DNA of 61,741 nucleotides, counting the filler, from Sphacelaria rigidula (Eukaryota): assembly GCA_964200075.2 (NCBI GenBank). It is 9 parts of 9 records of this genome, joined end to end, with 100 filler letters (N's around TTAATTAATTAA, not from the genome) between each part and the next. Parts side by side here need not be neighbours in the genome. Positions count along the whole stretch, not along the records: positions 48,102 to 54,871 come from CAXNAA020018163.1; positions 54,972 to 61,741 come from CAXNAA020018164.1; 7 more parts are not named here. One strand, given 5' to 3'. Made by a program: the position numbers and the translations under genes. The first letter of the stretch is position 1; each line of letters opens with the position of its first letter. Under the pieces are notes generated by a model. That model searched no databases. It was not told the DNA's origin and saw only the letters and a program-made list of their open reading frames with translations. Of the stretch, positions 48,102-60,620 are shown piece after piece.

Positions 48102-51100
48102 ATGGAGCTTAGGACCCCCATGCAGGATGGGACCACATCTGTAGTTGCCACCATGCCATGTGGAGGAATGGAGGAAGAGGAGAGCATTTGTGTTGTTAAG
48201 GTACGTACTCTTGTGAGGTATGCGTATCGCTCGCAGTAGCCACGTCGATCGGCAACGGTTTATACCGGGGACGGCGGGTGGGATGGGGTGGGGGCTCTGT
48301 GCTTTACTTTATATATTGACGTGACATTACAGCAGACTGTGCTGTCACTCTGTCTCAAGATAAGCAGCATGCGAACAACACGCACGGGAATATGTATACA
48401 CGTGTTCATGCAGAACGCGCAGCAACTTGATATGCAACAAACAGATCAATCGAAGTCACTATTGGGGGAAGACAACGCGGTGACGGTATGTCACGAGTGA
48501 ATACGTCGTGTGCACGGCAGTCAGAGTATCCGCATCCCCTTCTCCGCCGTCACCACACAGATCATCCGCGGGAGCATGGACGAAACGGACATTCCTCTCC
48601 CCGAACGAGACGATCAACATCAAACGACCGGCGATGATTCTGAAATTGATCTTGGAGCACGGCAACTCCGAAACATGCCCGAGTCTGAAGAGCACCCAGC
48701 CGATGGTGTTGCAGGTGCTGCGACACGTGGGACCACTCCTGCCGCGAGTAAGCTCTTGCCAGCTCACACGAGACAACTTAGCGAGCAAGAATCACGCAGG
48801 AAGCTGGCAGTGGTGGTGAAAGAGGGGAGGGAGGCGGCGAGGCGGGAAGATCCGGACGTGGACGCGAAAGACCAGGATATCCACCTACTAACAGTGAGTT
48901 GCATAGAGCAGAACATGGCTTGTGCCTACAGTACTCTGCTGTAGGGTTTACTCACTGCCGAGAATGCGAAACGTAGTCTTGAATATCAAGCGAAATGGAT
49001 ACAGACTAGCAGAGAAAAAAATGCAAGGTGCGTTATTGTTCTGTGAATCTCAGGCATATATATGTTGGATATATGGGTGTGATGACAATGTTGCGATTGT
49101 GATTTAGATTGGAGTCGATATGAATACCTACTGAGGGATATTCTGTTTTTGTGAATATCTACTTCTGCAGAGCCACACGGTCCTCTGTCCATTCGCGCTG
49201 CGACCTGCCGTGCTCATCCCTCGTAAAATATGGCCAACATTTGTCGCAAGTTTGCGCCCACTGATCAATTCGAAAGTCGAACTTGCACCAAAACAAGCAT
49301 CCTCAAAGTTGAAGGTTCAAGTTTCAATTTGAAGGTACGACGTGACGTGAAACGTTGGGTATGACTAACAAACCCTCCGCTAAAAGCTGGAACTTTGGCC
49401 TTGAAAGTCCGCTTGAGGCTGAAACAGAAGCTTTCGTGTGAAGATTCGGGTCGCCGAGCCCGGATGGTCGAAATTGATACAGTGCAGCGAACGCCAGTAG
49501 GGCGGAAGATTGAGCGCCCGAATCCCGACATACATGGCCGTTTGGAGCAAAATATACTTTTCATCAATGAAATGTGCGACGACGTGAGTGGCCACAAAAT
49601 TTGGAGGGGGACGGAGACGAAGCCAAGCAGTGTGGAAATGGAGTGCAGAGTGCTGATCCAGTTCGCGACTCCAAAATTTTAGATGTTGCACGTCAGATGT
49701 TACATGCTAGATGTTAGGGAGATCTCGGGAGTGAGATGGTTCGTTCGCTTGGGACTAGGGACTAGAAATTCATCCCGGGAAATGTTAGGGGTCGAAAACA
49801 TGACAGATACACCCGAAAGGATGAATGCAGAGTAGTCTTTTTCAACCTTTTCACGATGAGGATTCTGCTTCATTACCACCTTGGCAAGTTTGATCTGACT
49901 CCGCAATGGAGGCGGACAGTGCCTTCAATCGGTTGGCTAGGATGCTAGCCATTCCACGCACACTGCTCGAAGGCGTGATGACCCCTTACGGGTCCTGGTT
50001 TCTTGCCCCTCTCCTCCACCGGTGAAGGGGCTCGGACCCAGGAATGAACGACCTCTGTGTCCGATGCATAACTGATGTGATCATCCGTTTCGCGCACGTG
50101 TGCATTGGTGTTGCGTGTGTCTGGGTTTTGCTCGGTGTAATGGGGCATTCATGTTCCGTGTGTCCAGGACTACCTCCTCGCAGGGCCAGCAGAACAAGAG
50201 CGCTTCCACCAACAAGGCCTCCGTCGCCTCAGCCCTACAAAGGTCTCCATGCCCAGCGGCCGCAAGCTACAAACAGACACTACAGTAAGTTGAATTCGAG
50301 GCAGAGGGGAAGAGAAAGGAATAACACACGGTTTTCTGGCTGTACAAAACCAGACGACTTTTTTGATTGGCCGAAAAAATCTCGGTTGTCGAATGGTGGA
50401 AACCGTTCGTTGGGGGAGGAGTAACCTTCCACCTCGAATGGTGGAAATCGTACGGAGGTGACGTAGGGGGAGTGTCCCGATAATCAAAATAGGTCATAGA
50501 CTGGACGTCAAAATACGAAACATTGGTACGACTCCAAATATTTCCGATTTCCAAACGTAAAATTTTCTCTGGGTCGAAGAAACGCACATTTTATTGACAA
50601 CATCTTAGGCATGACGCCTCGTCATTCATGCGTCTCGTGTTGCGTTTAACCGAAGGACCTGCCATCATGTAGTTGTGCGCGCCTGTAGATCGAGGATGAA
50701 AACAGCGTGTTTACGGTTATACGCATTTCCATCGGGGGCATTTTTTTCTTCTTATCTTTTCTAATCCTGCTTTCCTTGCCTTCCCATTCGGTTCTTGTTC
50801 TTGGATTTGTTGTTTCATATCCACTTTACTCCGTTTGTTTTATTATCTTACTGCTTTTCTCGCTTCCCTTTTTCGTGAGCGAGCGCGTGGCTTCGTTTAT
50901 TTGGGTACTCCTGTTTGGAAACGCGATCATTTTTCTTTCGAGCTGCACCGAGTGAAAACATCGAAGGGGACATACTCAGCGCTCAAGAGGATACATAAAA
51001 CGGAACAAGCCTCATGGACCCACGCATCTTTAATCACACCTTTACTACAAGTCCCGAACAGCAAATATTCTACTGGCTACCTTACGCGCGCGTGCTTCAC

Positions 51101-54100
51101 CTCTCATATTCCCATCGGATATTTGCAGATCGATGTCCTGGTCCTATATACCCATAGGGCGATGAATCCTAGCGACGCTTTCGAGGGAAGATCGCCCCGA
51201 ACAATAGAACAGATGGAGTCCATAATCGCGACAGCATACGCCGGAGCTAACGACGCCTTGAAATACTCAGGCCTACCCATCAGCCTCAACGTCGTGCACG
51301 CACAGCTGGTGAGCGCAGCCATCGAATAGATGCTCTCGGCAGCGTTGTTAGGTCCCGTGATGTCCTCCTTCCTCCACCTTTGGCTCCAGCATTTTCCAAG
51401 CTTGATGACATTGACCATGCATGGGTCGCTCGCACAATGAATTAACAGAGCAATATCTAGTTTTTGATCGTTTGTACCTGCAGTTTATCCCCACCATCAA
51501 AATTGTCGTGTGTTTAGGTGCAGGTCATACCACCGAATCCGCTTCGAATTCACGTTTGGCGTGGCGGGTACACGAACCTCCGTGAAACGTTAAACTATTA
51601 AACCCTTCAGACATGCACCCAAAATAGCGCGTATGCCGTCAATGTCGGTACTGCATGGTCATGTATAGTATCACTTTCCATACTGAAGTCAAGCTCCATA
51701 TAGTATACGAAAGACGCAGTGTACCTACTTGTAGTCATTTAACAGGAATCCCACATCGTTGCCATCTATGTATCATATGTTATTTACCGTTCGTGACCGT
51801 GGTGAATGACAACATGTTATTGACCTAATGTGAGGGGGGAGTGAAAAAGACGAGGGGCGGAATTCGTCGTTCTGTGCTCTCTTTTTTCGTTCCCTGGTAG
51901 GTTGATTACGTCGAAGGGCCGGACATTTCCGAAACAATCTTCGCCATGTCTGATGGCACGGGTGATGCACGCAACATTCCCAATCTGCGCAACCAGTGGG
52001 GAGCGGATCTAGTTCAGCTTGTGGGATTCTATCAGGATGTCTGCGGTATCGGGTAAGCAAGGAAGGTCGAACTTTGTGGGCCTTACCTCGTTCGTGTCAC
52101 CCACATGTACAGTACTTTCCCGTGTTGGATCAGTCGCGTTGTTTCAATATTCAGCAGTCTTCTAGCGCAGTGAAGTTCATCCAAGGAGTGCAATCTTACT
52201 CTGGCAGAAGAGTTTTGATCTTACTCGATGCTTACAACCGTACTGCATATTTGATTGGCCTCGTTCTCCAATTGTACTACCGATGGTATAAATAAAACTA
52301 GACGGTAGACGTGAGCGCTTTTGACTCAATTAACAGGGAGACGTGCGACACTTGTGTCCCCCGGATTGCAAATAACCTCTTGTCGAGTGTACTCTGTGGT
52401 GAATTCACAGAGACGAAAAAGATTAAATAAATGATGTTTTCGACGTTACCTCGTGCGGCCGAGGCAGACCTTCACAAGGACAAACGAACAGCGGTACATC
52501 AGCCCTCAGCCCCTCCCCGTCATGAATATAGCGACTAACTGAGTTTGCCGGTTACGGTTATGGTAGGGTCGTTCTTAACGACGGAAGGCAAGATTTATCT
52601 CTTCCATGTTAGCAAACTTGCAATTTAAAGCTCTCATTTTTTTGTCTGAAAAGGTGCCCGAGTTGCTTCCCATCACGATCCAAGCATCCGTGTCCACTTT
52701 GAAAAAGGATGCCCCTGGAAAGAAGCACCACTGCCTATTTCATGCACTTTGGCGCACGCGCAGCCCCAGTCCCGATTCTGTTCACCCCACGATTACTGTA
52801 CACTGTACTCTATATTTTAGCTATGGTTTTGCTGCATTGGGATAGTCGTGATGATACTGGGCGTCTGTGGCGCTGCCATACTGTGATAAAGCATGTGGAA
52901 TGTAGCACGTGGATCAGAACCATATAACACGATTTGATTGGTTGCTTGATTGATTGATTGTTTGATTGTCGTACTTCAACTGATCTCCCAGGGATTCCGC
53001 CGTGGTCATATCATAATACTGTCCCATTTCAATATTTCTGATTGAAAATAGCAATGTGAAAAGGCGCTTTCAAAAACCAACCCCAGCGTTTAAAAGGGCG
53101 AGGGTTCTTTGCCTACACGCCGTCATTTGTGCTCGTCTTGGCCAGCAGATTCACGATGGATCCTCCTGGCTCATCGTTTGCCAAATACGCCTATTCCGTC
53201 GTACACATCAACTGCATCAACAATTTCTCGCATACACACGAGGTCGGCCACAACATGGGTGCCAACCACGACGAAGGGAACTCCAACGCATACCACGAAT
53301 ACGCCTACGCCTACCGACGCTGCATCGGAAACTCCCCGTAAGTTCAAGCAGCGGTTTCTTGCTTTCCTTAGTGAATCAAGTGCTCCGAACGTAGGAGAAT
53401 AGACGCACATATCCGCCGCCCTTGTGTCCCGCGCGAATTCCTCGTTGTTTTGACGCTCGAATGCCTGTTTATGAGCTTCGGGTGCTTTCGGCAATGCTGA
53501 TGTTATGCTTCTTGAGGTCAGCTCGAGTACGGGTGGTGCTATGGCTGTCTGAGCGCGTGCGCGTGAGTTGAAAAGAGGTTGTCGCCCACGATAGGCACAA
53601 CGTGGATTTCTGTGCGGATCATTGCGGGTGATAATGGCTGCTGTTGTTGGCTATGTGAAGGGAAACGCACTCAGAGCTAAGCAGGAAGGCGATGCGGTTT
53701 GTCGTTCCCAAGAGTGTTTGAGGTTTGTTGAAATGTGATGCGAAGCAAGTATTTCAGGCGATGCCCTAACCCTGGGTGCTTGAACGGGTAAGTGTCCAAC
53801 TCGGAGCTTCGCATCACATTACTGTATTGGCGACATGTGCACCGAACAAGTGAGTGCACCCGAATGATTCATGCCAACACGTCAAACTTCAGCGAATCTC
53901 TGTTGTCTGCGTCGTGTGTATAGGCTCATTTTTGTCCCCGTTGTCCCAACGCTCTGTTCTTCGCGTACCCTCAACTAATACTCATTATAGTACTTCGCCG
54001 AGACCGGTTTTCGAAACAAACGTGCCCCCAGGAAGAATCATAGCAACCGCTTGTTGTACCACGAAGGAGATTCAATCTCGCCGTTTTCCAGCATGGATGA

Positions 54101-54310
54101 TCGACGATTGTGTCCTGAGGAATCGTGCTTCTGTTCCCGACTCGACCAACATGCAATATTCTCACCAGGTTCCGCACTGTCATGGCCTACCAGTCTGATT
54201 GCATGATGGCTCCTCGCGTCAACGTCTTCTCAAACCCCGACACGAAGATTGATGGTTTTGCTCAGGGAACCTCTACCGCAAATAACGCCCGTGCTCTGCG
54301 AGCGGGTATG
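48102..54310 (+). CDS. Zinc metalloprotease, metzincin (reprolysin-like / peptidyl-Asp metalloendopeptidase-like); partial gene
   Basis: In-phase GT-AG exons 48102-48200, 48561-48893, 51129-51308, 51901-52052, 53149-53337 and 54169-54310. Motifs IDVLVLYT, LRNQWGADLVQLV, CGIG, the Zn site HEVGHNMGANHD (HExxHxxGxxH), the Met-turn FRTVMAY, FSNP and NNARAL. Confidence 0.9.
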
Positions 54311-54871
54311 GTAAGAACGCGGGTGCGGGGAAAGGGGCAGTGAAGGCTGGACCAAAGTGGTAGACGCAATACGGCCGGGAGTAGATTGGAAACAAGAGAC
54401 AGGCATTAACAGTACACGGAGGAGATCGGGATTTGTGTAACTTCTACAGTGCACGTGTACACGAACCACGTGTAGACCCCCTCGTGTATCCATCGCAGGC
54501 ATGTGCGACACAACTAGTGATCTCTGCCGCTCCCCACAGTATGTACGTTCGGCGTCGGCACAGGTACGGTATGACGTCACCCTCTACTCTATGATGAAAA
54601 TACCCCTTGCGGGAAAATCTTCACTGCCCACAGCCATGAACTGATCACACCACCTGTGTTCCTGTTTCACCCCTCATATGCGTCTAGCGCCCATCCCTTT
54701 CATCCGTCACACTACATTTGCCAACACCCATGTACCCCTCACCCCCCTCCCCATGTCTTTAGACAACCGAATGCAAAATCGAAAGTACCTTCCCCCCCCC
54801 ATATCGAAGTGGTCAATGGTCAAAAAACCAAGGCAAGAACAAAAGAAGAAAAAAACCATCCCACACCCAGA

Positions 54872-54971
54872 NNNNNNNNNNNNNNNNNNNNNNNNNNNNN
54901 NNNNNNNNNNNNNNNTTAATTAATTAANNNNNNNNNNNNNNNNNNNNNNNNNNNNNNNNNNNNNNNNNNNN
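54872..54971. other. Artificial contig spacer
   Basis: N44-TTAATTAATTAA-N44. Confidence 0.97.
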
Positions 54972-57290
54972 TACCCTGCCACAAGGATGTCTAACCACCG
55001 GGGCCTGCGGGGGGGGTGGGCATCCTCATTTGTTGCTTGCCTTAGTCATTTGACCGTTGACCACGCATCCCTTTCGAGACGGAGCACCGATCCTACTTCT
55101 AATAGAGACACCTTCAACATTTCGGTGCTCATCACGATTCTTCCATACATTGCACAAAAACGTTGACACATCTTATGCCCGTCTTGTTGGAGGCTCCTGG
55201 GGGGTGGTCGTTTCTGGAACATGGTGAAGATCACGTGATTGTCCACACGATGAAGCGGTGGCGCTGTGACGCTCAAACACGGCCATGAAAACCGCAGGAT
55301 CGGATGGAGTTCGAAATTCCCAGGATTGTGTTCTGTGGGGTATACCCGGCAGTGGAGGATTTGTGGTCGGTGTACCGAGTACTCCAGTATGGTTCGGAAG
55401 GTCATTTACCGATAAGGTACCTTTTTTAAGCTCATGTAAATATTGAATATCCGATTTTTAGCCGGTATACCCTGCAGAACATAATCTTGGAAATTTCGGT
55501 GTTGTACACGAGACAGTATAAACGTTAAAGGCAGTAAATAAGTAAAGCAGTAGTTAAAGGCAGCAAAGAATTACATCGGATTGAGGAGGATCGCCGCGGT
55601 CTCCAGCAAGAGGATGTGGTGGCCGCCGGGCCGTCCGTCATTGCCGGCGTTGACGCTTGTCACATCGTCGCTGCTGCCGCCGCTGCAGCCGCAGCGGGCA
55701 GGGGTCAAGCGGACATAATCTGGTGCGGCCGTGCAGGCGATGAGCGGACGGTCGGTATGAGGTGCATGTCCTGCAGACAGATCGAAAGGATGACTATCTA
55801 CCGTGGTCGACGCGTCGAGCGATCTTACCAAGATGTGTTGAGACCTGAAGGCTCGTCCACTGCCTTCGTGAGGTATAGTCAACACCCGAGGAAACGGTGA
55901 CTACTATAGAGACCCTTTCATCCGAGGAACGAGTGATTGTCACCCGTCAGATGAAGAGGAAATGCAGGTGGAAACAGCCGTCAGCACAGAAGTGTTGCGA
56001 TGGGTCATCGGCGGCAAGACCGCAGAACCTGACAACAGTAGCAACTCCGAAAAACAAGGATGCTGCAGTCTCAGACATTCAAAGAAACAAGCTGAGAGGC
56101 GCGGGAGTGGGAGTGCAGTTCTCACGAAAGATGGATTCGATCCTGGGCGATCTGGACAAGCTGCTGGACAGGCCATTCGCTACAGCGCCGTTGGATGCCC
56201 GTACAAATGCCGGCATTTGCGGTGTTAGCGTTGCGGCGAAATATCACCAGGTGGCACCCCGTGGGAGATGGAGCTGAAAGGGAACCTTATACGGACAGGG
56301 TTATTCTCGGTCTGTACATGGTCGACCGCGCAAACGCTGTTGTCCATAATCTTTTTAGCGACGGGAAGTATCCTACTGGCGGTAAGTACAACGTATAACG
56401 TGCGCCGGACGGGCACAGGAGTGACGGAAATGACACCACGCAACGTGGCCGGCTGTAATCATTTCGAAGTGGTGAGGGTGCCGCCCAATATGTACGATGA
56501 GATCCGCCTCGAACTTGGCCTGCCGTCGCTCCGGCGGGTAACCGTCGTCACGGGAGCGACAAATATCTCACCTCTCCACAACCCTGGTACTGGCGTCCCG
56601 AAAGGGGTAATATGAGCAGTATGTAGTCTGTAATCATCTCTGGTGTTGGACAACTGAACGCCAAGGCAGGCAGTAACCTCGCTGGCCGGAGGCCAGACAC
56701 TGTACAGTCGCAGGCGAACGGGGGCCAGCACCCGCCTCTCCTTAGTGGAGGCACAGCACCCGGGGCGGCGGACGACAACGTGGGATGTCGGCACGTGTTG
56801 AGAGGGCCCAGGAAGGAGCAAGCCTGTGGGAAAGGGAAAGCGGGGAAGTTGTATAGTGAGCCTAGAGAAATTGATGTGGAGGGCGGGACAAGAAGATTGG
56901 GCAAAATAGGAAAGGCCAAGTACGGTGAAGTTCCTGATTTCCATGATGAAGACCCCGAGTCTGATGGAGAGCTGGATATGGGCAGGATGATTAAGGCTCG
57001 GGGTGGGGGTGCCTCCTCGATTGAACATCACAAGAAGCTGTGCATATATATATATAAAAGAACGTGAATTGTGTCTGAGGACGGGTCAGGGTTTTTCTAG
57101 CACTCATTCCTATGCACATGCCCAACATCCATATTTTATGCAAAAGTCGTGTTGTCTTTCGAGAAAATAGCTCTTCTGAATCCCAAAAAGTGCCTGCTAT
57201 ACAAGTAGGTCATCTGAGGTCATCTGCGGGGGGTCGCAGCCTGAGGGTTAGTCGACCACTACATACCGCAACCACGATAGACTCTCTCGT

Positions 57291-57291
<1 letters not shown>

Positions 57292-57348
<57 letters not shown>
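57292..57348. repeat. (CA)n microsatellite
   Basis: Perfect dinucleotide run directly next to the hAT insertion site. Confidence 0.95.
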
Positions 57349-57349
<1 letters not shown>

Positions 57350-57353
57350 ACGA

Positions 57354-58898
57354 TAGGGTTGCTCATCAATCTATTCATCAGGGTTGGTTTTGATGAAAAA
57401 TATTTGAGTTTGTATCAACATCACATCAGCGCGTCGCTGATTACTTGATTATTATCAACCAATCAACTTGAATCAACCAGGTCAAAATAACTTGATTAAT
57501 CGTGATAGTTGATTTTTTCCAAGAAGAAAAGAGGCGTTTGCGTCGTGTAACGTCGTTTGTTGCCTCCAGCGCAACCATTCATCGACGGACATGTCTACTA
57601 ATCGACTCTACTCCTGAAAAGACGCGAGCAACGACGAACACACAGCAGCAAACAGCAGCAATACTCGGGCGGTTTTGGCTCTTCGTTACCACAAGTCCGC
57701 CTACACAGAACACGCGTTCGGATGCCGCAGATGAAGCTTGAACCGCAAGGTACCTGTGGGCTAGGATGGCGACGTGGGGATACACCCGCTGTGCCTTCGC
57801 CCACCACCCCAGAGCACCGCCCTCCTGGGCCACGTCTCGTGTGTGTAACGGTGTGACAGTAATGGTGCCTCTACAAAGATAAGATTGTTTCCGAGGGAGA
57901 CGTGGCCCAGGAGGGCGGTGCTCTGGGGTGGTGGGCGAAGGCACAGCGGGTGTATCCCCACGTCGCCATCCTAGCCCGCAAGTACCTTGCGGTTCAAGCT
58001 TCATCTGCGGCATCCGAACGCGTGTTCTGTGTAGGCGGACTTGTGGTGACGAAGAGCCAAAACCGCCTGAGTATTGCTGCTGTTTGCTGCTGTGTGTTCC
58101 TACACGAAAGCATGAAACATGACATCTGATTGACATCAGCGCTATCCTACCTGGTAAAGATTGCTGCTGGGCTTGTCTGGAATATGGACTACTGCTATTC
58201 ACATTTATACCTGTGGTGTGCTGTAGTTGGGGAGGGTGTCTCCAAGTACGGCTTTCAGGAAGTGGGGAAGAAAAGGAAACTTCGCGTGCATGCCGTATGT
58301 TCAAAGGCTGTTGTATCACAACATCGCACACCTTGCACAGCATGACGTGTTTTGCAGCGATACTCGCATCGCATCAATCACTTTTCTCGTCAGTCACACC
58401 CACGACGCGACAATATACACAGAGCAATATATAATATGAGCTAGTGAAATGCAACAAGGAGCTTCGTCGATAAGCGAGTGCAATTTGGGTACAGTACTAT
58501 CATCTCTTTTTTCAGACAGGTTTGAGGCGAACATGTTTCATATTTGAGAGTGCTTCGAAGTTTAACACAGCAATAGTGCAAGAAGATGGGGTGTTTGAGT
58601 ATCGATGCAGCAGGTTCAGCTAAGATATTGAACACAGCGGACTGCTGTGCTGCTGCTGTGGTCTTGCGTATGCGTACTCGTGTGCTCTACATTGTTCCAC
58701 CGACAAAATTCAGCCGATTTTTGGCTTGTGTGCTGCTTGAATGCTACCAAAATAATCAACTGTCATGATCAGTTGATTAAGAGACGTGGTGTTGATTAGT
58801 TGATTTGTATTAACTAATCATGATGATATCAAGCCGATTTGGAAGAAAATATCAAATATCAAATGAATCCCCCCCCCCAAAGTTGATGAGCAACCCTA
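57354..58898 (+). mobile_element. Non-autonomous hAT (Ac-like) transposon
   Basis: Perfect 16-bp TIRs TAGGGTTGCTCATCAA (57354-57369) and TTGATGAGCAACCCTA (58883-58898). The 8-bp flanks CACCACGA and CCCCACGT match at 6/8, consistent with a TSD. Subterminal ATCAA/TTGAT repeats are present. The internal hAT dimerisation-domain fragment reads WWAKAQRVYPHVAILARKYLAVQASSAASERVF...NRLS. Confidence 0.92.
57636..58099. repeat. Inverted duplication of the hAT dimerisation-domain sequence
   Basis: Arms 57636-57838 and 57897-58099 (203 bp each) with a 58-bp loop; 4 mismatches by eye. Confidence 0.95.
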
Positions 58899-59094
58899 CC
58901 CCACGTGATGAACGGGTCGCCGAAGAATCATTAGGCCGCCGCTACGACACGGCGATGGCGATAGCGATAGCACTCGCCATACCGCCATTCTAGGTCCGCT
59001 CACCGAGCGTTATGATGCTCGTTATGAGTACCCGACAAAACTATTTGAAGAAAAATGAAGATATTAGCGAGACGACACCGAGGAGCTCGACCTC

Positions 59095-60180
59095 TTGAAC
59101 AAACGTCGGAGTGGGCGGCCGTCGCCTTTTACTCCGAGAAAGGCCGCGGCGCTGCGGAAGGTCTCATTTACGCTCGGGCAAGTGTCCGATCAGCTGAAAG
59201 AGATCGGTGCGGAATGCGGGTTAGAGACCGTGCGGCGGTGGTTTAAGAAGGAGGGGGCGGGAAAAATTGGCTCGCCGCATCAAGCCGTCCCTTCGCGAGG
59301 CCGCGAAGATGTGCCGGGTCGATTTTATCTGCGATCAAGTATACGAGACAATCGGTGACTTCCTTGGCCAAGGAACTTCATCCGTCTGGACGAGATTTGC
59401 TTTCTTCTCGTGAGGAACAAGGGGAAGGCTCAAATCTTCCCGGGCGAAACTATTCCGAGGTCTCCCCGCGTACAGCACAGGGGCCATCTTCCGAGGAAGA
59501 TGGCGATTGTGGCAAACGCGCGGTCGGGCCCGGGACACAACTTCGACGGAAAGATCCGTGTCTGGCGCATTTGCGCCCTAGAAACGGCGCACTTGCGTCC
59601 TGGAAATGGCCGAGCGATCGTCCAAGAGAGGGAAGAGGGGGAAAGAGGGGTGAGTTCGACTGCACCACAGACACCGACTGGTGCAAGACCTGTGACCTCG
59701 ACGAACTCCTTTCTGCAATCAAGCTCAGGATACCGTGGCTACGGCCGAAGCGAGGAGTAGTGCAGCTGGACGGCGCACGCCCCCACAGGGGGGAGAACAG
59801 TCCCAAATTATTAGCTCTGCGGAGATGGGGCGAGGTTGGATGGTAGAGCTTGTTACGCAGCGTTCTCAGTTGCTTGACTTGAATATGTACGACTTGAGCT
59901 TCTGCGCATCTCCCATGCCAAGGATGTGGGGAATGAATGCCAGTTCGATCGACGAGTTAATTCAAGACTATCTTCAAGTAGTACGAAGAGTACGACGGAA
60001 AGACGTGAATGAAAGAGTGCGGCGAAGCCTCTTCAAGACTTACAACCAGACAATCCGTGAGTTGGGCGACAGCGACTTCAGTGTGGAGCATACCAGGGTC
60101 GCGGCGCGGCAAAGGGCGGGAAGGTTGGAAAGGATGGTAAAATACGACGACGAGGCCTTCACTAAGACTTTGTACTACCT
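59095..60180 (+). pseudogene. Mariner-like transposase remnant (plant-mariner DD39D type)
   Basis: Across frameshifts: KRRSGRP, ETVRRW (HTH), RLDE at 59389, PRVQH, NFDGKI, VQLDGARPH at 59769 and VTQRSQLLDLNMYDL at 59891 (compare QPxxSPDxNxxDL). The 122 nt between the second and third Asp fit D39-40D with one indel. Confidence 0.8.
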
Positions 60181-60342
60181 AGCATCAAGTTCCAGTGATG
60201 GCAAGGACGACCAACACATTTTGTTTTCACGTTTTTTCCCGCCGAGCAGGGGCGCACGGGCGAGGAACGGCGACTTTGGGGCCGACTGTTTATTTTTCGG
60301 CCGTTTGATCAAGTGGGGTAGTGTGCACAAAAGAATAAGGTC

Positions 60343-60620
60343 TCAACCACCCAAAATGCCAAGGGTTTTAAAACCATCGTCGCCTAACGCATCGGACATG
60401 GCTAAGGGCCCATGTAAACACAGCCAACTTTTCGTATGGGAGGAGGAAGTGAATATTTTACCATCATTCGTGCGCCAGATTTTTATATGCAGACAACGCT
60501 CATCTCCCTTCTTTTGCCTTTCGAGAGCTGCTGCTTCCATGGATAATAACCGCACACCGGTTATCCGTGACGATTGTGTTCCGTTTTGTTTCTGCTGGAA
60601 GGCGGCGATTGCGCGCTCAA
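60343..60620 (-). pseudogene. Possible PP2C phosphatase-like fragment
   Basis: KIWRTNDG...GPLAMSDALGDDGFKTLG resembles the PP2C LAMSRALGDxxxK motif. VTDNRCAVII in another frame weakly resembles GDSRAV. Confidence 0.25.

Noticed and set aside
42398-54310. GET4-metalloprotease fusion or gene cluster
   Set aside because: They are separated by the spacer at 48002-48101 and belong to unrelated contigs.
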